Of a stretch of 64,000 bases of DNA, positions 1 through 16,023 are shown one piece after another. The position numbers and the translations under genes are program-made. The stretch's first letter is position 1. Each line of letters starts with the position of its first letter. Under the pieces are notes generated by a model. The model had not been told where the DNA came from and searched no databases. It saw nothing but the letters and a program-made list of their open reading frames with translations. Source of the DNA: Eimeria praecox (lineage: Eukaryota); assembly GCA_963920595.1 (NCBI GenBank), contig OY986946.1, positions 8,990,001-9,054,000 of the forward strand, read 5' to 3'.

Positions 1-490
1 GGCCCCAGCCTTTCATCTCATATCCTTCAGTAGTACCTTGCGGCCTTAGTTATATATTCTTCGCTCTCAGCAGCACAATCCTCTCACTTAATTGCTCTTT
101 CAGCTCTTCTAGCTCCCTTATCCTCTACAGTTTAAGACACAGGGGCCCCAGGGGCCCCTCTATATCTATCCAGGGGGTATCAAAGGGGCTAGGGGGCCCC
201 AGGCTGACCTGGCCCCCCCTCTAGTCTACACTTGCTACACTTTATAAACTACTAGTGCTTATGGGCGGAATCTACCAAACATAGTGAAGCTTAAGCGACA
301 GCCCAGGGAGACGCAGGAGCAGCACAGAGCCCCAGGGGCCCCCAGGGGCCCCTTGACGTGTTGGGGTGCTGAGAACTACGTTTAAGGAAGGAGGGAATGC
401 AACAGTGCTACAGTAGAGTGCAGATATACAGGATTTGAATGTGCAAAACAGGAGAAAATATAAACCACTTAGGGCTCATACGGAAGATAA

Positions 491-491
<1 letters not shown>

Positions 492-548
<57 letters not shown>
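492..548. repeat. (CTG/CAG)n trinucleotide repeat, representative of hundreds of such tracts in 1-28 kb
   Basis: Directly visible perfect tgc repeat. Confidence 0.95.
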
Positions 549-583
549 AGTCTTGAGTGGCTAGGCAAGGGGGTACAAGGAGA

Positions 584-868
584 ATGGCGGGGTTCGAGGT
601 ATCTGATGTCAAAAAATATCGACAGATCAAAGGAAAGGTGTGGCAAGTTAACAATGAATATGTTTGCTGTTTCTTTTGTTTTCTTTCTGAGAAGATACAT
701 CTGTTGCTGTCGCTCCATCTTGTATTCATGCTGCCTCCTTTGTTGCCGGCACAGGACTGGTGGTATGTAAGCTACGCAGGAGGCGACGGGTCTTACAGCT
801 GGCAGCCAGGGGTAATTCGCCCGCACTTACAGGAGCACAAGCACCAGCAACAGCTGCAACCAATGCTG

Positions 869-899
<31 letters not shown>

Positions 900-1872
900 A
901 GCAGCAGCAGCAGCAACGAACAGAGTAGAGGGCATATGAATACATACTTCTTTAATTAATAGCTGTTATTACAGCAGGGGCTATCAACAGAAGAGTAGCA
1001 AGAAAAACCTGTGAGGGGTTTTCTACAATGTATTGCTCATGCTGCAGAGTGAAGTGCAGCGCGCTCCAGCAAATGTGCGCTCAACAATGGCGGAAATGCG
1101 GAGGAGGTACATAAGGACCCACAATTGTTATCAGGAGAGATCCTCTCCTGTTGCTGTTGTATCTACAACAGCTTCTGCTACAGCTCATTCCAAACTTCCA
1201 ACAGCTGCAACAACACCAGCAACAACAAAAACAACAGCAGCAACAACAAAAAGGGAAACACACCGCACTCTCAGGCAGCAGTAGGCTGTCCACATGAAGA
1301 GGCTGTATAAGGAAGAGGAAGAGCCCCTCTTGCATCACTACCAACAACTACAGAAACAACAACAATCGACATAGCTACAGGATCTACTACAGCGGCTCAA
1401 ATTGCTTCGAGCTGTATATACACCCTACAACTCAGCATTTTGTGTTTAGGTTTATTTAGATGTGCGTGACGGAAGAATCGATTCCGCTAGCTGTCAAGCT
1501 GCGGTATCGTTGATTGGTTGCTGGCTGGCTGCCCTGTTTCTGCAGCTGCTGCTACGAATGCTTTTCTGTTGCAGGTGGATCTTGGAGCAGCATTACCAGA
1601 GACAGTGTCTCAGCGGTCTGCTGTGGCTGCTTGCTGGGGCCTCTCTGACGCTCGTGGGGTTCGGTGTGTATGAAGCATGGGATGACTTATTGGGGGCCCC
1701 TTTCGGCTCTAAGCTGTACACATTAACCCTGCCTTGCTGTTGGTGGCTGTTGCTCTGCTGCTTTCTCTCCGTCTCCTTTGGAATCGCTGCAATCTCTCAG
1801 AGCGTGAACGCCCCCAAGTATATACGAGGAAGACCATCCACCCGCTCTGGAGCTTCTTCACGAAGTCAGTAA
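584..1872 (+). CDS. Small spliced protein (~155 aa) with an N-terminal chromodomain-like segment and two predicted C-terminal transmembrane helices; exons 584-637, 755-811, 1048-1106, 1575-1872
   Basis: GT-AG introns join in frame to give MAGFEVSDVKKYRQIKGKDWWYVSYAGGDGSYSWQPGSEV..., resembling the chromodomain pattern (F/Y)EVE.I...R...GK..YLVKW.G....TWEP. The last exon has the hydrophobic stretches GLLWLLAGASLTLVGFGVY and WWLLLCCFLSVSFGIAAI. An in-frame TGA lies upstream of ATG 584. Confidence 0.6.
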
Positions 1873-4005
1873 TAACTCATTATAGAGCATAAATACGTGC
1901 GACGCCGGAAGCTAGAACATGCATACACTGCTGCTCTCTACGGGAGGCCTGAGCGTTGGCTGCTTTATCTGTCTCCAAATCCCAATAAAAAAATACAAAG
2001 ATATTGCCTGTAAAATATATATCCGTGCCTACACGTTTTTGTTGGACTCGCAATTCCCCTATGCAAGTGTATCACATTTACGGGCTTAGGATTTAGGGTC
2101 TAGGGGTTCCTGGCAACCACCGCCACCAGAGGTAGCAATTATTACCTGCACTGTCTGCATACTAGACAGCTTGTTGTTACGAAGTGTGGGCTCACCAGCA
2201 ACCGCTACAATTCTGAGTATATTTCGAGATGTCTAGTTAGCTAGTTCTGTATCTATCCATGAACGTATTTGACTTCTTTGGAGGAATGAAGGTGCCTCGT
2301 TGGATCAAGTTGAATGTAGCCAACGTGTTAGCTGGGAATGATGGTAAGAATTTGTTTTAATCAACAAATCTGCTGAGTATGTGTGCCGCTACCTGATACG
2401 CAGGCAGTCGTTCGCCTAGCTACTCTAGACGCCGCAGAGCCAGCCCCTACGGAAGGAGGAGACGGGCGGCCTCGCCTCGCAGTGGAGCAGGAGCTACAGG
2501 TGCAGCAGATCCACCGACGCTAGGGGAAGTGGGCTTAGATGGAGCAACTACAGACACTGGAAATGAAAGCAGCAACAGCAGCGGCACCATGTTCAGCTCT
2601 GAAGAGAGACAGATGGGTGGTTTTTCCAGTGAGGGGGCCGTGGCAGGATTCCCTGCAGGGATTGGAGACGGCCCGTTGAGCAAGAAGCTTACACCAAAAC
2701 CCTCAAGAGAATATATACAGCCCCCTTCCCGCACTGCTTCTGTTGCGGAAAATAGTGGCCTCGCCGAAGCACCCAGTCGCCAGGGTTCCAGCGCCAGCAA
2801 GAGACGCATCAGTCTCTTCAGGCACACATCCACTAGCAAAAAGTAGCTCTTGAAGCTGCAAGAGCGAGGAGGCTCAACGGCTGCCAAAGCAGCAGCGTCT
2901 CAACCAAGTGCTTTTGGTCCTCGTTGCCCCTGTGCCCGAGCACGCAATGCGAAGGGCTAGCAACGCAGTGGGCAACCTCAGTGGAGAGGTAGATTCGACC
3001 TTAGTGTAGACTTATAGCGACTGTTATGAAGTCATATTCTTCAAATGTTTCCCTCATAAGCAGATATTTTACGCCCTGCCTTCAGGCTTCCTGAGCAAAG
3101 CTGCTCAGTCTTATGGGGCCAGAGGGGACAGAATCTTTAACTGTACCCCCCTGCAGCATCATTCGCTGCGGCTCCTCCAGTGTAGGCAAAGCCAGCTGCA
3201 TGCGTGCACGACATCGTTTTCGCACAAACACAACTTAGGCTGTAACGAGAGTCCTCGACATTACCCGAGGGCCTTCGTGCGCTGCAACAGAGTCAAAATT
3301 CTAAATATTTCTCACAAATTACCTAACCCCATCTTCCAGTATCCAGAGACCCTAGAAACACCGGCAGAACGGTATAAAATGGATGCAGAGAGGAGGTAGC
3401 CTTCCATGCGTTGCAGCGCCCCTTGGCGCAGTTCGCTGTGGCAACCTATATGCAAGGAGGTTCAAGCCCCTGTTTATATATGCATTAGCACCATAGGGAA
3501 TATTTAACTGTTTACTTCGATCCCAGTAGCCAGCATACATGCAAATAGTATGAATGTACTAACTCCAGACAGCCCATGCTCCATTCCTATCCTTCCCCCA
3601 CAAGCTGCAGACGTCCTCTTGCGCCTGGCTGCGCAGCACAGGATGTGTACGTCAAGAACAGGAGAGGTGTAAATAAGCTATGGTTTAAACCTCCAACATG
3701 GAAAAGGATGCAGCAAATGATGGGAACAGCCTCGTTTCGGGCCTGCTGTGACTGCCATTCATATGCCGCTGTTGTTACAGCCCAGGTCTGCCACAGATCG
3801 CCATCGCTTCTTTGTCCCTCAGCGTCGATTAAGTTGATATAGGCATCGCAGGCAAATTAAAAGCATGCCTTGAAGGGCTGCCTTTGTGTAACTTCAGTGA
3901 GCGCCCGTGGTAGGGCGTCAATAAATAAAAGCTTTGTAGGCAATGGATCCGAGCTAGCTATATGCAAAACCAGGGCCGTATATCTCACCAGAAAATTACT
4001 AACCC

Positions 4006-4008
<3 letters not shown>

Positions 4009-4080
<72 letters not shown>
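4009..4080. repeat. (TA)n microsatellite
   Basis: Directly visible. Confidence 0.97.
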
Positions 4081-4081
<1 letters not shown>

Positions 4082-4830
4082 GAGGGCCTTAGGTATAAAT
4101 ATGTAGGAGCCCATACGGTACAGTAGCCATCGAAATTTTATACGCAGCTCAAGTTTACTCTCCGCTGAGCTCGCCCATTCCTGGAGTCGCTACTGTTGCG
4201 TCCGGGAGGCCACCTAAGTGGCCATAAAATTTTGCTTCGCACAAGCTTTCCTCAGAACCCCCGCAGGAGTTTCTGTCTCCTTGGCGCATAACGTTATGGT
4301 TTCGTTTTCTGTTTCTTCTGCCTGTCGTTAGGCGTGTGTCCAAGATCTCAACCACCTTTATTTGCCCCTTCTCGCACTGATCGCGCTGCCGTTTTGTGAG
4401 AAGGGTTCTAGTACGTAGCGGTGTTATCCTGAACCTATTTAGGAAAAGGACAATTGCTACATGTTGATTTTTCCATGTCTACGTTAAATCAAGTGTGTAG
4501 GCTAAAGCGGTTACCCGAGAACGAACAACGAAAGACTCAATCCAATAAGTGAATAGATTCTTCGGCTGCCTGATCTCCTGCACTTCATGCGAATCCACCA
4601 ACACCAACTTGCCTGGGGTGAAAGCAACTACCGAACGCCTGTTGCTGTAGTTTCTTGCCTGTGCTTGTGCTTCATAAGTTCACGAGGTCTTAGTTGCTGT
4701 TAAAAGTGTATTTAAGTTGGCTGCTCCCGGCGTACGGGCCCCGCTGCCAGGAGCCAGGTCAAAAGCATGCTCAGACAACGTTGTTCCCTTGTAAACGATG
4801 GAAGAAGGGAGGCGACTCGAGAGATAACAC

Positions 4831-4937
4831 TGTTGCTATCAACCCACCAGTCACAACAGACAAAATCACATAATTACAACAACAATGTTGTTATCAACCC
4901 ACCAGTCACAAAGGAGAAAATCACATAATTTTAACAA
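4831..4937. repeat. Imperfect 55-bp tandem duplication
   Basis: tgttg(c/t)tatcaacccaccagtcacaa...aaaatcacataatt starts at both 4831 and 4886. Confidence 0.85.
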
Positions 4938-5191
4938 AATTTCCGAGGTATACAGTCCCACATACAGCATAAGCGTGCTGTGGATGAACTCAATTTGACT
5001 GTCTGCCTTCGGCGAAGCCTCCGTAGTCATGGTTTCGTCTATGTTAAGCCACGCCATGAATTCGCCCCAAGAGGCACTACGAAGCCCCGGCTCCCTCTCA
5101 GCAATGATGCTATTCGGTATGGCATGGAGGTTGCAGAAGTGATAAATAAACATTATGGGCTGCTTCCTCTACTGTAACTGAAGCTGAATCC

Positions 5192-5935
5192 AAAGGGGGA
5201 GTGTAGCGGGGGATATTTTCTGGATTTATTCACATTAACATGAATACAATCACAGCCCCTGCAAAGCAAAGGAACTGCGAAATGCAGTGCGAAGAAGTAA
5301 CCAGATTGTTTCCCTTCTTCCGACAAAAAATATACCTCGATTCCTTTCTCTTGTAGCGAAAAGGAGATAATAACAGGAAGTTTTGTTTTCCTTCTCTTTT
5401 CTTTACAAGGCGCCTTCACGAGAAATCAGTTCTGTACAACAGCCCACTTAGCTGTTGTGGCAGGGCTCGCTGCTCGTGGTAGGCTCCGTCAACAATCCGG
5501 TGCTCTCAAGTGTGAAGAGAGTCTCGGCGAGGAACTGTAGTAGAGTCAAGGCACTTCAGACAATGGTTTCCCAGCAGGTGGCATCACCTCAGGCGTCGTT
5601 AGCATAGCATCCCAAGAACAGTGGGAAGGGGAGGAGAGGGGCCAGTCCGTCATTAGTTGCAGCGCACGTTGCTACAACTCCTGTTGTTAAGGCATTCTCG
5701 AGTGCAATGTTGCCAGCCAAGCCCTTTGTAGCAAGGATCTTCAATCTTAGAGCTGAGGACCACTGCGAGGGTGCAGTAGAGTCAAAACACTTCAAAGGTA
5801 TAACTAACCATAGCAATTCACCTCCATTTGAGCCTTAAGCCTTCCTAGGTACAGCTTTGCAAAGGCTTGGGGATAAAAGAGGCAAATGCCACCCTGTCAT
5901 GTACCGCAACGGATCTTGTTGCAGGTAGTGCTACA
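5192..5935 (+). mobile_element. Possible degenerate LTR-retrotransposon remnant (polypurine tract followed by an LTR-like TG start); right end uncertain
   Basis: AAAGGGGGAG (5192-5201) is followed immediately by TGTAG, just after an ORF stop, in a gene-free region. CTACA occurs downstream (~5672, ~5931). No RT or integrase motif was recognised. Confidence 0.25.
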
Positions 5936-6499
5936 AAGCAGCCCCACGTTCAGGCGCAAGAAACACCCCCTTTGCTACGTTCGCTGACACTGGAGAATGC
6001 GGTGTAGACATTTTTTAAAACTTACTTGAACTTCCATAGTCAGCCTGCTGGCAAGTAGAGATGCCCGTAGCAACATCACGCAGGCCATGCTCCACACTCA
6101 ATGCGTGCAGCAACACTGTAGGTAGGTTTTATACACTTGATTGACAAGCAGTAGCCAACCGGAGCACAAGTAGCATTAAACATAGCAGCTTAAGACAGAT
6201 CGCACTACACAGATTATGCTACGTGCTACGCCTCGATGAGGATCGAGGACTACGTTTCCACGCTGCGTCTTCGAGTGTAAACCGTAAAACTGGATACAAA
6301 TGTTATACACTGACTTGGCCTTCTCTACGTAGCCTAAGCCCAAGTGGACATACACTCAAGAGCCTCAGACAGAGCATGCTACATGCAACGATGTTGGGGC
6401 GTTGAATACAGGGGGAGCTGTGTGTACTATGAATGCGCCTCGATCCCAAGAGAAATGGAGAAATCCACAACAAGACAACAAATCAAATTAGGAGGAAAA

Positions 6500-6650
6500 T
6501 TTAAATTATATATTATATATATTATATAATATTATATATTATATAATGCATAATATATATTATATATATATATAATATAATATATAATATATATATATAA
6601 TACATAATATATATATTATATAATTGTATATATATGTATATATATACGCA
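6500..6650. repeat. AT-rich low-complexity tract (a second one at ~6830-6905, followed by poly-G at ~6933-6953)
   Basis: Directly visible. Confidence 0.9.
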
Positions 6651-7106
6651 ATTTACCTAAGTAACAAACTCCTTAGCAATCTATCACCGACATCATCATC
6701 GGCTTTGTCTGTGTCTCGGGCACATCATACATGTTGGACTAGCGAGTTTGTTATTATCTTCTTCATAATAATATCCTATTATCTACTTCAAATTGCTTTA
6801 AATTTGGATTGTTTGCGGTATTTTTCTTAAAAAATAATATATAATATATATAATATAATTATATATATTATATTATATATAATATAATATATATAAAAAT
6901 ATATCATGATAATACTTAAGAAGGCGGGGGCTGGGGGGGGGGGGGGGGGGGGGTTTACGGCGGATGTGACCCCGCGAGCTGCTGTCCTTCCTGGGGTCCT
7001 TCGTTGGTTTGGGGCTACTTGGTTCTAATTTTTCTTTCATTTACAAACATAACACAGCCTTTACAGCTATAAAAACCACTACGGGTGTTGCTACAATCTA
7101 GACGAA

Positions 7107-7147
<41 letters not shown>

Positions 7148-7424
7148 TGCTGCCGCAGCTGCAGCAGCTGCTGCTGCGTCTTCGACATCAGCCTGAGAGC
7201 CATCACATCGCTGAGTAGCTGCTGAGACGAATGTTAATATCAGAAGACTTCGAGAGAAAGAGAAGATAGTTGCTGTTTCTGGGTGTTGCCGCCTCACACA
7301 GCAGCAGCAGCAGCAGCAGCTGCAGCAGCAGCAGCAGCAGCAGCAGCCGCTCCCGAGGGACCTAGCGGACTGTCTCCCTTGTTGCCTCTTCTCTTTAAAT
7401 CAGTCAACTGGCAGACGAAGGAAG

Positions 7425-9899
<2,475 letters not shown>

Positions 9900-9935
9900 A
9901 ACCACTACACTGTACTGTACTGACTGCAGCACCAC

Positions 9936-9967
<32 letters not shown>

Positions 9968-10141
9968 GCAACAGCCTGCTGTTGCTACCTTTCAGTGAAG
10001 CATAAGCCCGCTGATCTGCCTCTTAAATTTCTTGCTCTAGCAGCAGCAGCAGCAGCAGCAGCCAGTATAACTGCTGCAGCCCCACACATCAAAGGCACCT
10101 GGAGATACCCACTAGAGCAGCTGCTGCGTATCTGCTGCTCT

Positions 10142-10177
<36 letters not shown>

Positions 10178-10732
10178 CAAACTGCAGGCAGTCGCATCAG
10201 CCTCAGCTAGAGGGCTGTTATCAGTGCAGCCTTTGTAAATCTGTTTGAATTTGATCTTAGCTCCCAAACGAGAACAACGAAGAAACTCTAGCGGTTGTGC
10301 TGCAGCAGCAGCAGGTGCTGCTGCTGCTGCTATACACACGCTTCCTTGTGTGCTTGCTGCTACTATCCCTGTTGCAGCAATTGCTGCTAGTGCGTTTGTT
10401 GTTTATACAAACAAATGCAGGAGAGCAGCCAATAAGCAAACATAATTCATAACTGTTTTTGGTCTCCCTATCAATCTATGTGAACTAAGACACTAAACAA
10501 CCAACATACTATAAACGCGGCAGCGGGCCCCACAGGAGCTCTGGGGGCTGCTGCTGTTGTTGTTGTTGTTGCTGCTGTTTGAGGTATGTGATGGAACGAA
10601 AAGAAAGAGACGGAGCAGCGAGCCGTACGAACAGTCTGCTGCTGCCTGTGGAGCTGCCGCAGCAGCAGCCGCAGCAGCAGCAGATGCAACAGAGCAGCTC
10701 GTGCTGTAGCTGCTCGCGGGTGTATGTGCATC

Positions 10733-12329
10733 TTAGTGGAAGAAGTAAGGGCTATCGAGGACTTGGCGGATATCGAGCTGTCCCCTAGCAGGGGGTGGCG
10801 GGAGGTGCGCTGCTTGGTGGGGTAGTCTGAGCTTAACACTGTCATACAGGGATTGTAGGGGGTTGTGCTGATAGAGGGCAACGAACTGCTGTCTAAGGGC
10901 AAGGGCTAGGGTGTCTATACACCCCGCATGGGCCCAATAGGAGTCGTGTACGGCGGCCATGTCAATGCGGCAGGTGCCTATACACTCCAAAGCTGTGAGC
11001 ATCATGTGGGCAGCATCGAGGCTGTGAATGAAGTTGGGGGGGAAGCCGAGCCTCTGTTTCGATCTGCTGACAGGTGCACTGTCTCCTGAGACATGCAGTG
11101 TGTGGCGCTGCAGGGCAGAGCGGATCTGCTGCTGCTGCAGCGAACGGTAGGGTTGCTCGCACAGTAGTCCTATAGCAGGAACCTCCCAAGCCACGGGTAC
11201 CCCTGCAGCTGTACATACACCCGAAACTGCATCTAGCCATTTCTTTGTCTGCATCGCCCCTCGAAATAATTCTCCAATAGATTGCAGCACAACGCGAGAT
11301 AAGAAACCTCCTAACTCCCTTAAGACCTCAGGATGTAGACGCCCCCCCAGTAGGCCTTCTAGCTGTGCGAGTACTTGGTCTCTGGCCCCCAAAGCTGTCA
11401 CCCCATAACAAACTGTCATCACTGTCTGCTTCACTACAGACCGTTGCAACACCCCATGGGCCTCGCATAAACGTGCCAGCTCCCGTCGCCTCTCTTGCTG
11501 CTGTGGCTGCTGCTGCTGCTGTTTCAGTTGTTGCTGCCGCTGTTGCTCCGCAGATATGCGATGCTGCTTCCGCTTCTTTCCTTTGCCCTGCTGCTGCTGC
11601 TGGATATGCGCCTCTGTGCCCTCTGTTGCAGCAGTATCTGCAGTTGCAGCTACCCCTGAGGTGTCTGTACTGCCAGTGGCGATGCGGTGTACGTTCTGCT
11701 TGACCACCTGCAACACGAGGGAGTAGACATCTTGGGGTGTCTCCGCAGGTACAAGATTTACAGCAGCTCCCCCTCGAAGGTCTCGATTGAGAGCTGCATA
11801 GTGCTGCAAGCCGTTGCATGTGCCGTCGAGGTGTATAGGCAGCTTGCTGCAGAAAGACCTTGGATCCCCTGATTTGACAGCAGCAGCAATTTCTAAGACA
11901 GCAGCCAAAGCCTGCCACGGTTCTTCTGCTTCAGCCCAGAATTGTTTGTGTTGTAGCGGCTGCTCTGCAGCTGCAAGGATCTGCTGCATTCGGGTGTCTG
12001 TCCACCTCCGTCTGTCTTCGAAAGAAACCTTGTTATGTCCAAACAGGTTCGCCAGGTGTATACGCAGCCACCTCCATCCGCTCTCTCCTAAGGGTTTGCT
12101 GCGAGCAAACCGCAGCAGAGCGCGGGAGACGTCGTCTCCCATGTGGTTAAGATGGGGGGGTAGGGGATAGCAACGACCCCGGAAATCGATGTTGTGGGGA
12201 AAGTATAAGGCGGAGGAGACAGCAAAATTCTCAGCTGTCTCCAATTTCAACAGAAATGAAGGCCGCTCACTCTTCATCCGAGTCTCCTGCTGCAGCAGAT
12301 GTCGAAGCAGCAACGACCGGCTCTCGCTC

Positions 12330-12361
<32 letters not shown>

Positions 12362-12841
12362 ATTGTCGCTGTTGGTGGTGGCGCCCTGCTGCTCCTGCTC
12401 CTGCTGCTGCTGCTGCTGCTGCGCCTCGTGCTGCTGCAGAAGCACGTCAATAGGAACACAGTGGCGAGAAGGCATCTTGCCGAGGCCTTCGCCAGCGGCC
12501 CAGGCTGCCTGAAGCACCTTCAATAATTCTCTATTAATCTGCCAGGGGACAGCCCCAAGAAGAGAGACAGCAGTTCGTACAGTAGACGTGTCATACACCC
12601 GAAAGTCTTGACAAGCCTTCGCACGGGGGCCCCAGCCTAAGTATATCTCATTCCCTTTCTTGTTGCGACCCCCCTTCTTTCCGTTGCTGCTGTTGCTGCT
12701 GCTGTTGCTGCTGCTGTTGCTGCTGCTGTTGCTGCTGCTGCGGGTTGATGGGCTACCAGATGAAGCCGCTGTCTCCGCGTCGGTTGGCTGTTCGTCTGAG
12801 TCTTGTACAGTATATGTAGTGGATGCTGCAGTGCTGCTGCA

Positions 12842-12879
<38 letters not shown>

Positions 12880-13957
12880 AATCGCTGCTGCTGCTGTTGC
12901 TACCAGGGTCTGTATCAGAGACACTTCGCACAAAAGCTGTGCGCAGCATCAAGTAGCCGCCACTCCCATAGGATGTCCAAGGGGCTGGAGGCAGCAGCAT
13001 GGGGACATGCTTCAGCATTAACCAGAATGGAGACGATAGACGGTCTGCGGCTGTACGGACAGTAGCAGCAGCAGCAGCTGCTGCTGCTGCTGCTGCTTCC
13101 GCGCCGCCGCTTACTCCCGAACCTATAAGACTTTGCGGACCGTCACTCTTAGGATCGGCTGGGGAGCCAGCAGCAGCAGCTGCAGCAGCAGCAGCAGCAC
13201 CTGCTGCTGCTGTCGCAAGGGACGGTGAGGCTGTTGTTGCAGTTTCTGTAGCAGAACGTCCAGCAGCAGCAGCAGCAGCAGCTGCTGCTGCTGCTGCTGC
13301 TTCTTCAGGACTGGTGCCCACAGCTGTCAGACGATCGAAGCAAAGTCGCCGCATTTCGATTATTCCAAACTTCTTTCGTCGTTTTGCGCAATACACAACG
13401 CGGTGGCGGAGTGCTGGCAATTCAACCTGCACATAAAAACCCTAAACCCTAAACCCTAAACCCTAAACCCTAAACCCTAAACCCTAAACCCTAGACCCTA
13501 AACCCTAAACCCTAGACCCTAAACCCTAAACCCTAAACTCGGACAGCGGGAGGGGAGCAGCAAGACGCGAGCCCAAACCTCAGCGAAGCCGCTGTGCCGC
13601 CGATCCATGCCATCCGCTATTACCTAACTTAAAACCCTAAACCCCAAACCCTAAACCCTAAACCCTAAACCCTAAACCCTAAACCAATGCCCACTGACCT
13701 TGTCGTGGCCATGCCGAGATTTGTAGGCAACCAGGTGCTGCAGCTCTTTTGCTGCTCTCCCGCCGACAGGCACATAAACCCCAGAATCTGCGTCTCCATC
13801 TGCTGCTACCTCTGCTGCAATTGCAGCTTCTTCTTCTGCAGCAGCAGCAACTGCTGCTGCTTCTGCTTCTTTCGAAGCTACTATGTCTTCGGCGGACTCA
13901 GAGACTGCTTCTCCTCCTGCTGCTGCTTCCGTTGGCGTTGTTCTGAGCTGCTGCTGT

Positions 13958-13988
<31 letters not shown>

Positions 13989-14190
13989 TTTGCTGCTCCT
14001 CTTCCTGCTTGCGGCGTCTACTCAGGAGTATGCGCTGCTGCTCGGCCCGTTGCTGCTGCAGCTCTAGAGACAGTTCCTCCTTTGCTGCAGCGTATGGAGC
14101 CTCAATCATGGCATGCTTCAGCAGCAGCTGCAGCAACAGCCCCCCCACAGCCAAACGTTTTCTGGAAGACCACCGTGGCAGCAGCACCGG

Positions 14191-14222
<32 letters not shown>

Positions 14223-15004
14223 GTGCTGCACCATTGCTGCGGTTCTGCCGCTTCTGTTGCTGCTTACGAAGCGGCAGGTAGCACTGGCCTAGCTGCTGCT
14301 GCTGCTGCTGCTGCTCCAGGAATGCTGCCGCAAGCTCTGCATGTACTGCATCTCCAATAGCCATCGCCACTTGCGTGACAAGAGCTTGTCGCTGCTGCAG
14401 CTCGAGCTCCGGCCCTCCAGCTGTCGAACCAGCAGCAGCAGCAGCAGCTGCTGCTGCTGCTGCTGCTGCTGCTCCTCCTGCCGAAGAGGAAGCAGCACTC
14501 AAGCCCTCCCGCCCCCTGCTGGTGGGCCCCGTAGGAGCCGTCGCCCGCGGCAGCAGCAGCTGCTGCAGCACCGTCCGAGCAGTGATTACAGCCAACAAGA
14601 CAGGATCCAGTTGCTGTGGTAGACAGGCCTCATGGCCATCTAGATCAGCAGCAGCAACAGCAGCAGCAGTTGCTGCTGCTGCTGCTCCTGCAGTTGATAC
14701 TGTAGCATCCCCCTTGTCAGCAGGTGCAGCTGCTGCTGCAATAGCAGCAGCAACTCGCCGCTGTCTCTGCTGCAGTGCCGCTATGGGCTTAGACATATCC
14801 TGTACCCAGGGGACCCAAAGCCTCTTGGCAGGGCCAGAGTCCCCTCCCCTACCTGTTGCTGCTAGCTGCTGCAGCTGCTGCTGCACCTCTGCTGTTAGCC
14901 GCCTCCATATGCATCCTTCTATTATAACTTGTCTCCTTCGCAGCACGCTCACAGCCTCATCTACAGACGAGCGAGAAGGCGTAAGCTCCTCATGCTGCTG
15001 TTCA

Positions 15005-15040
<36 letters not shown>

Positions 15041-15175
15041 TGCTGCTGTTGCTGCTGCTGCTGTGGAGGGTTCGATGGCAGATCGTGCTGCGTCCACCTT
15101 AGAGGAATAGGGTAAGGGTTCGTGCCATAGGCGGCTTCCTTTTGCTGCTGCAGCCACTCTGCATTCAGCAGCAGC

Positions 15176-15226
<51 letters not shown>

Positions 15227-15396
15227 CCAGGAAGGACAGATGCCTGAAGGTGCTCGAACAATTCCTCCTTAGGAACATCCGCAAGCAGCAGCCCCTGCTG
15301 CATGGCTTCTAGCTCGAGTGCATGCAGACACAGCAGCACGCTCGCCGAAAGGCCAGCAGCAGCAGGAGCAGCAGCTTCAGCACTTTCACCCGCTGC

Positions 15397-15434
<38 letters not shown>

Positions 15435-15546
15435 AAGTCTCAGCGGTATCCTGCGTCTTGCCGAGGAGCTGGATATACACCTGGCGCTGCTGCGCGCTGT
15501 TCATTTGCCGCAGCTCTTGCAGGCCTTTAAGTGCAGAAGGAGCATC

Positions 15547-15584
<38 letters not shown>

Positions 15585-15991
15585 GTGTTGTTGTTGTTGC
15601 TTCTGCCGTAGCTTCTGCTGGTTCTGCTTCTCGTTGCTCGTGTGTTGTTGCTGCTGCTGCTGTCTCTGATGTTGCTGCATGCACTGCAGCATCAGCTGAT
15701 AAAGAGCCACTTGGGTTACAGTCCGCCTCATGCTGCACGCGCTGCTGCTGCTGTTGATGCTGATATTGCTGCTGCTGCTGCTGTTGGAGCTGCAGCAGCT
15801 GCTGCTGCTGTTGCTGCTGCTGGAGCTGCTGCTGCTGCTGCTGCTGCTGGTGATACACGTGTATCGGTGGCTGCGAGAGTTCTAGAAGGAACTGCTCAAG
15901 AGAAGCTTCTTCCTGCCACTGCCATGGGTGTGTCTGTTGCTGTTGCTGCTGCTGCTGCTGCTGATGTTGTTGTTGTTGCTGTTGATGGATT

Positions 15992-16023
<32 letters not shown>

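Noticed and set aside
2447..2887. Overlapping ORFs at 2447-2887 (-) and 2529-2846 (+)
   Set aside because: No recognisable domain or convincing splice partners; possibly an exon, but unsupported
10733..13432. Phage or prophage origin of the T7-like RNA polymerase
   Set aside because: It has a spliceosomal intron and host-type repeats and no phage neighbours; it is the ordinary nucleus-encoded mitochondrial enzyme
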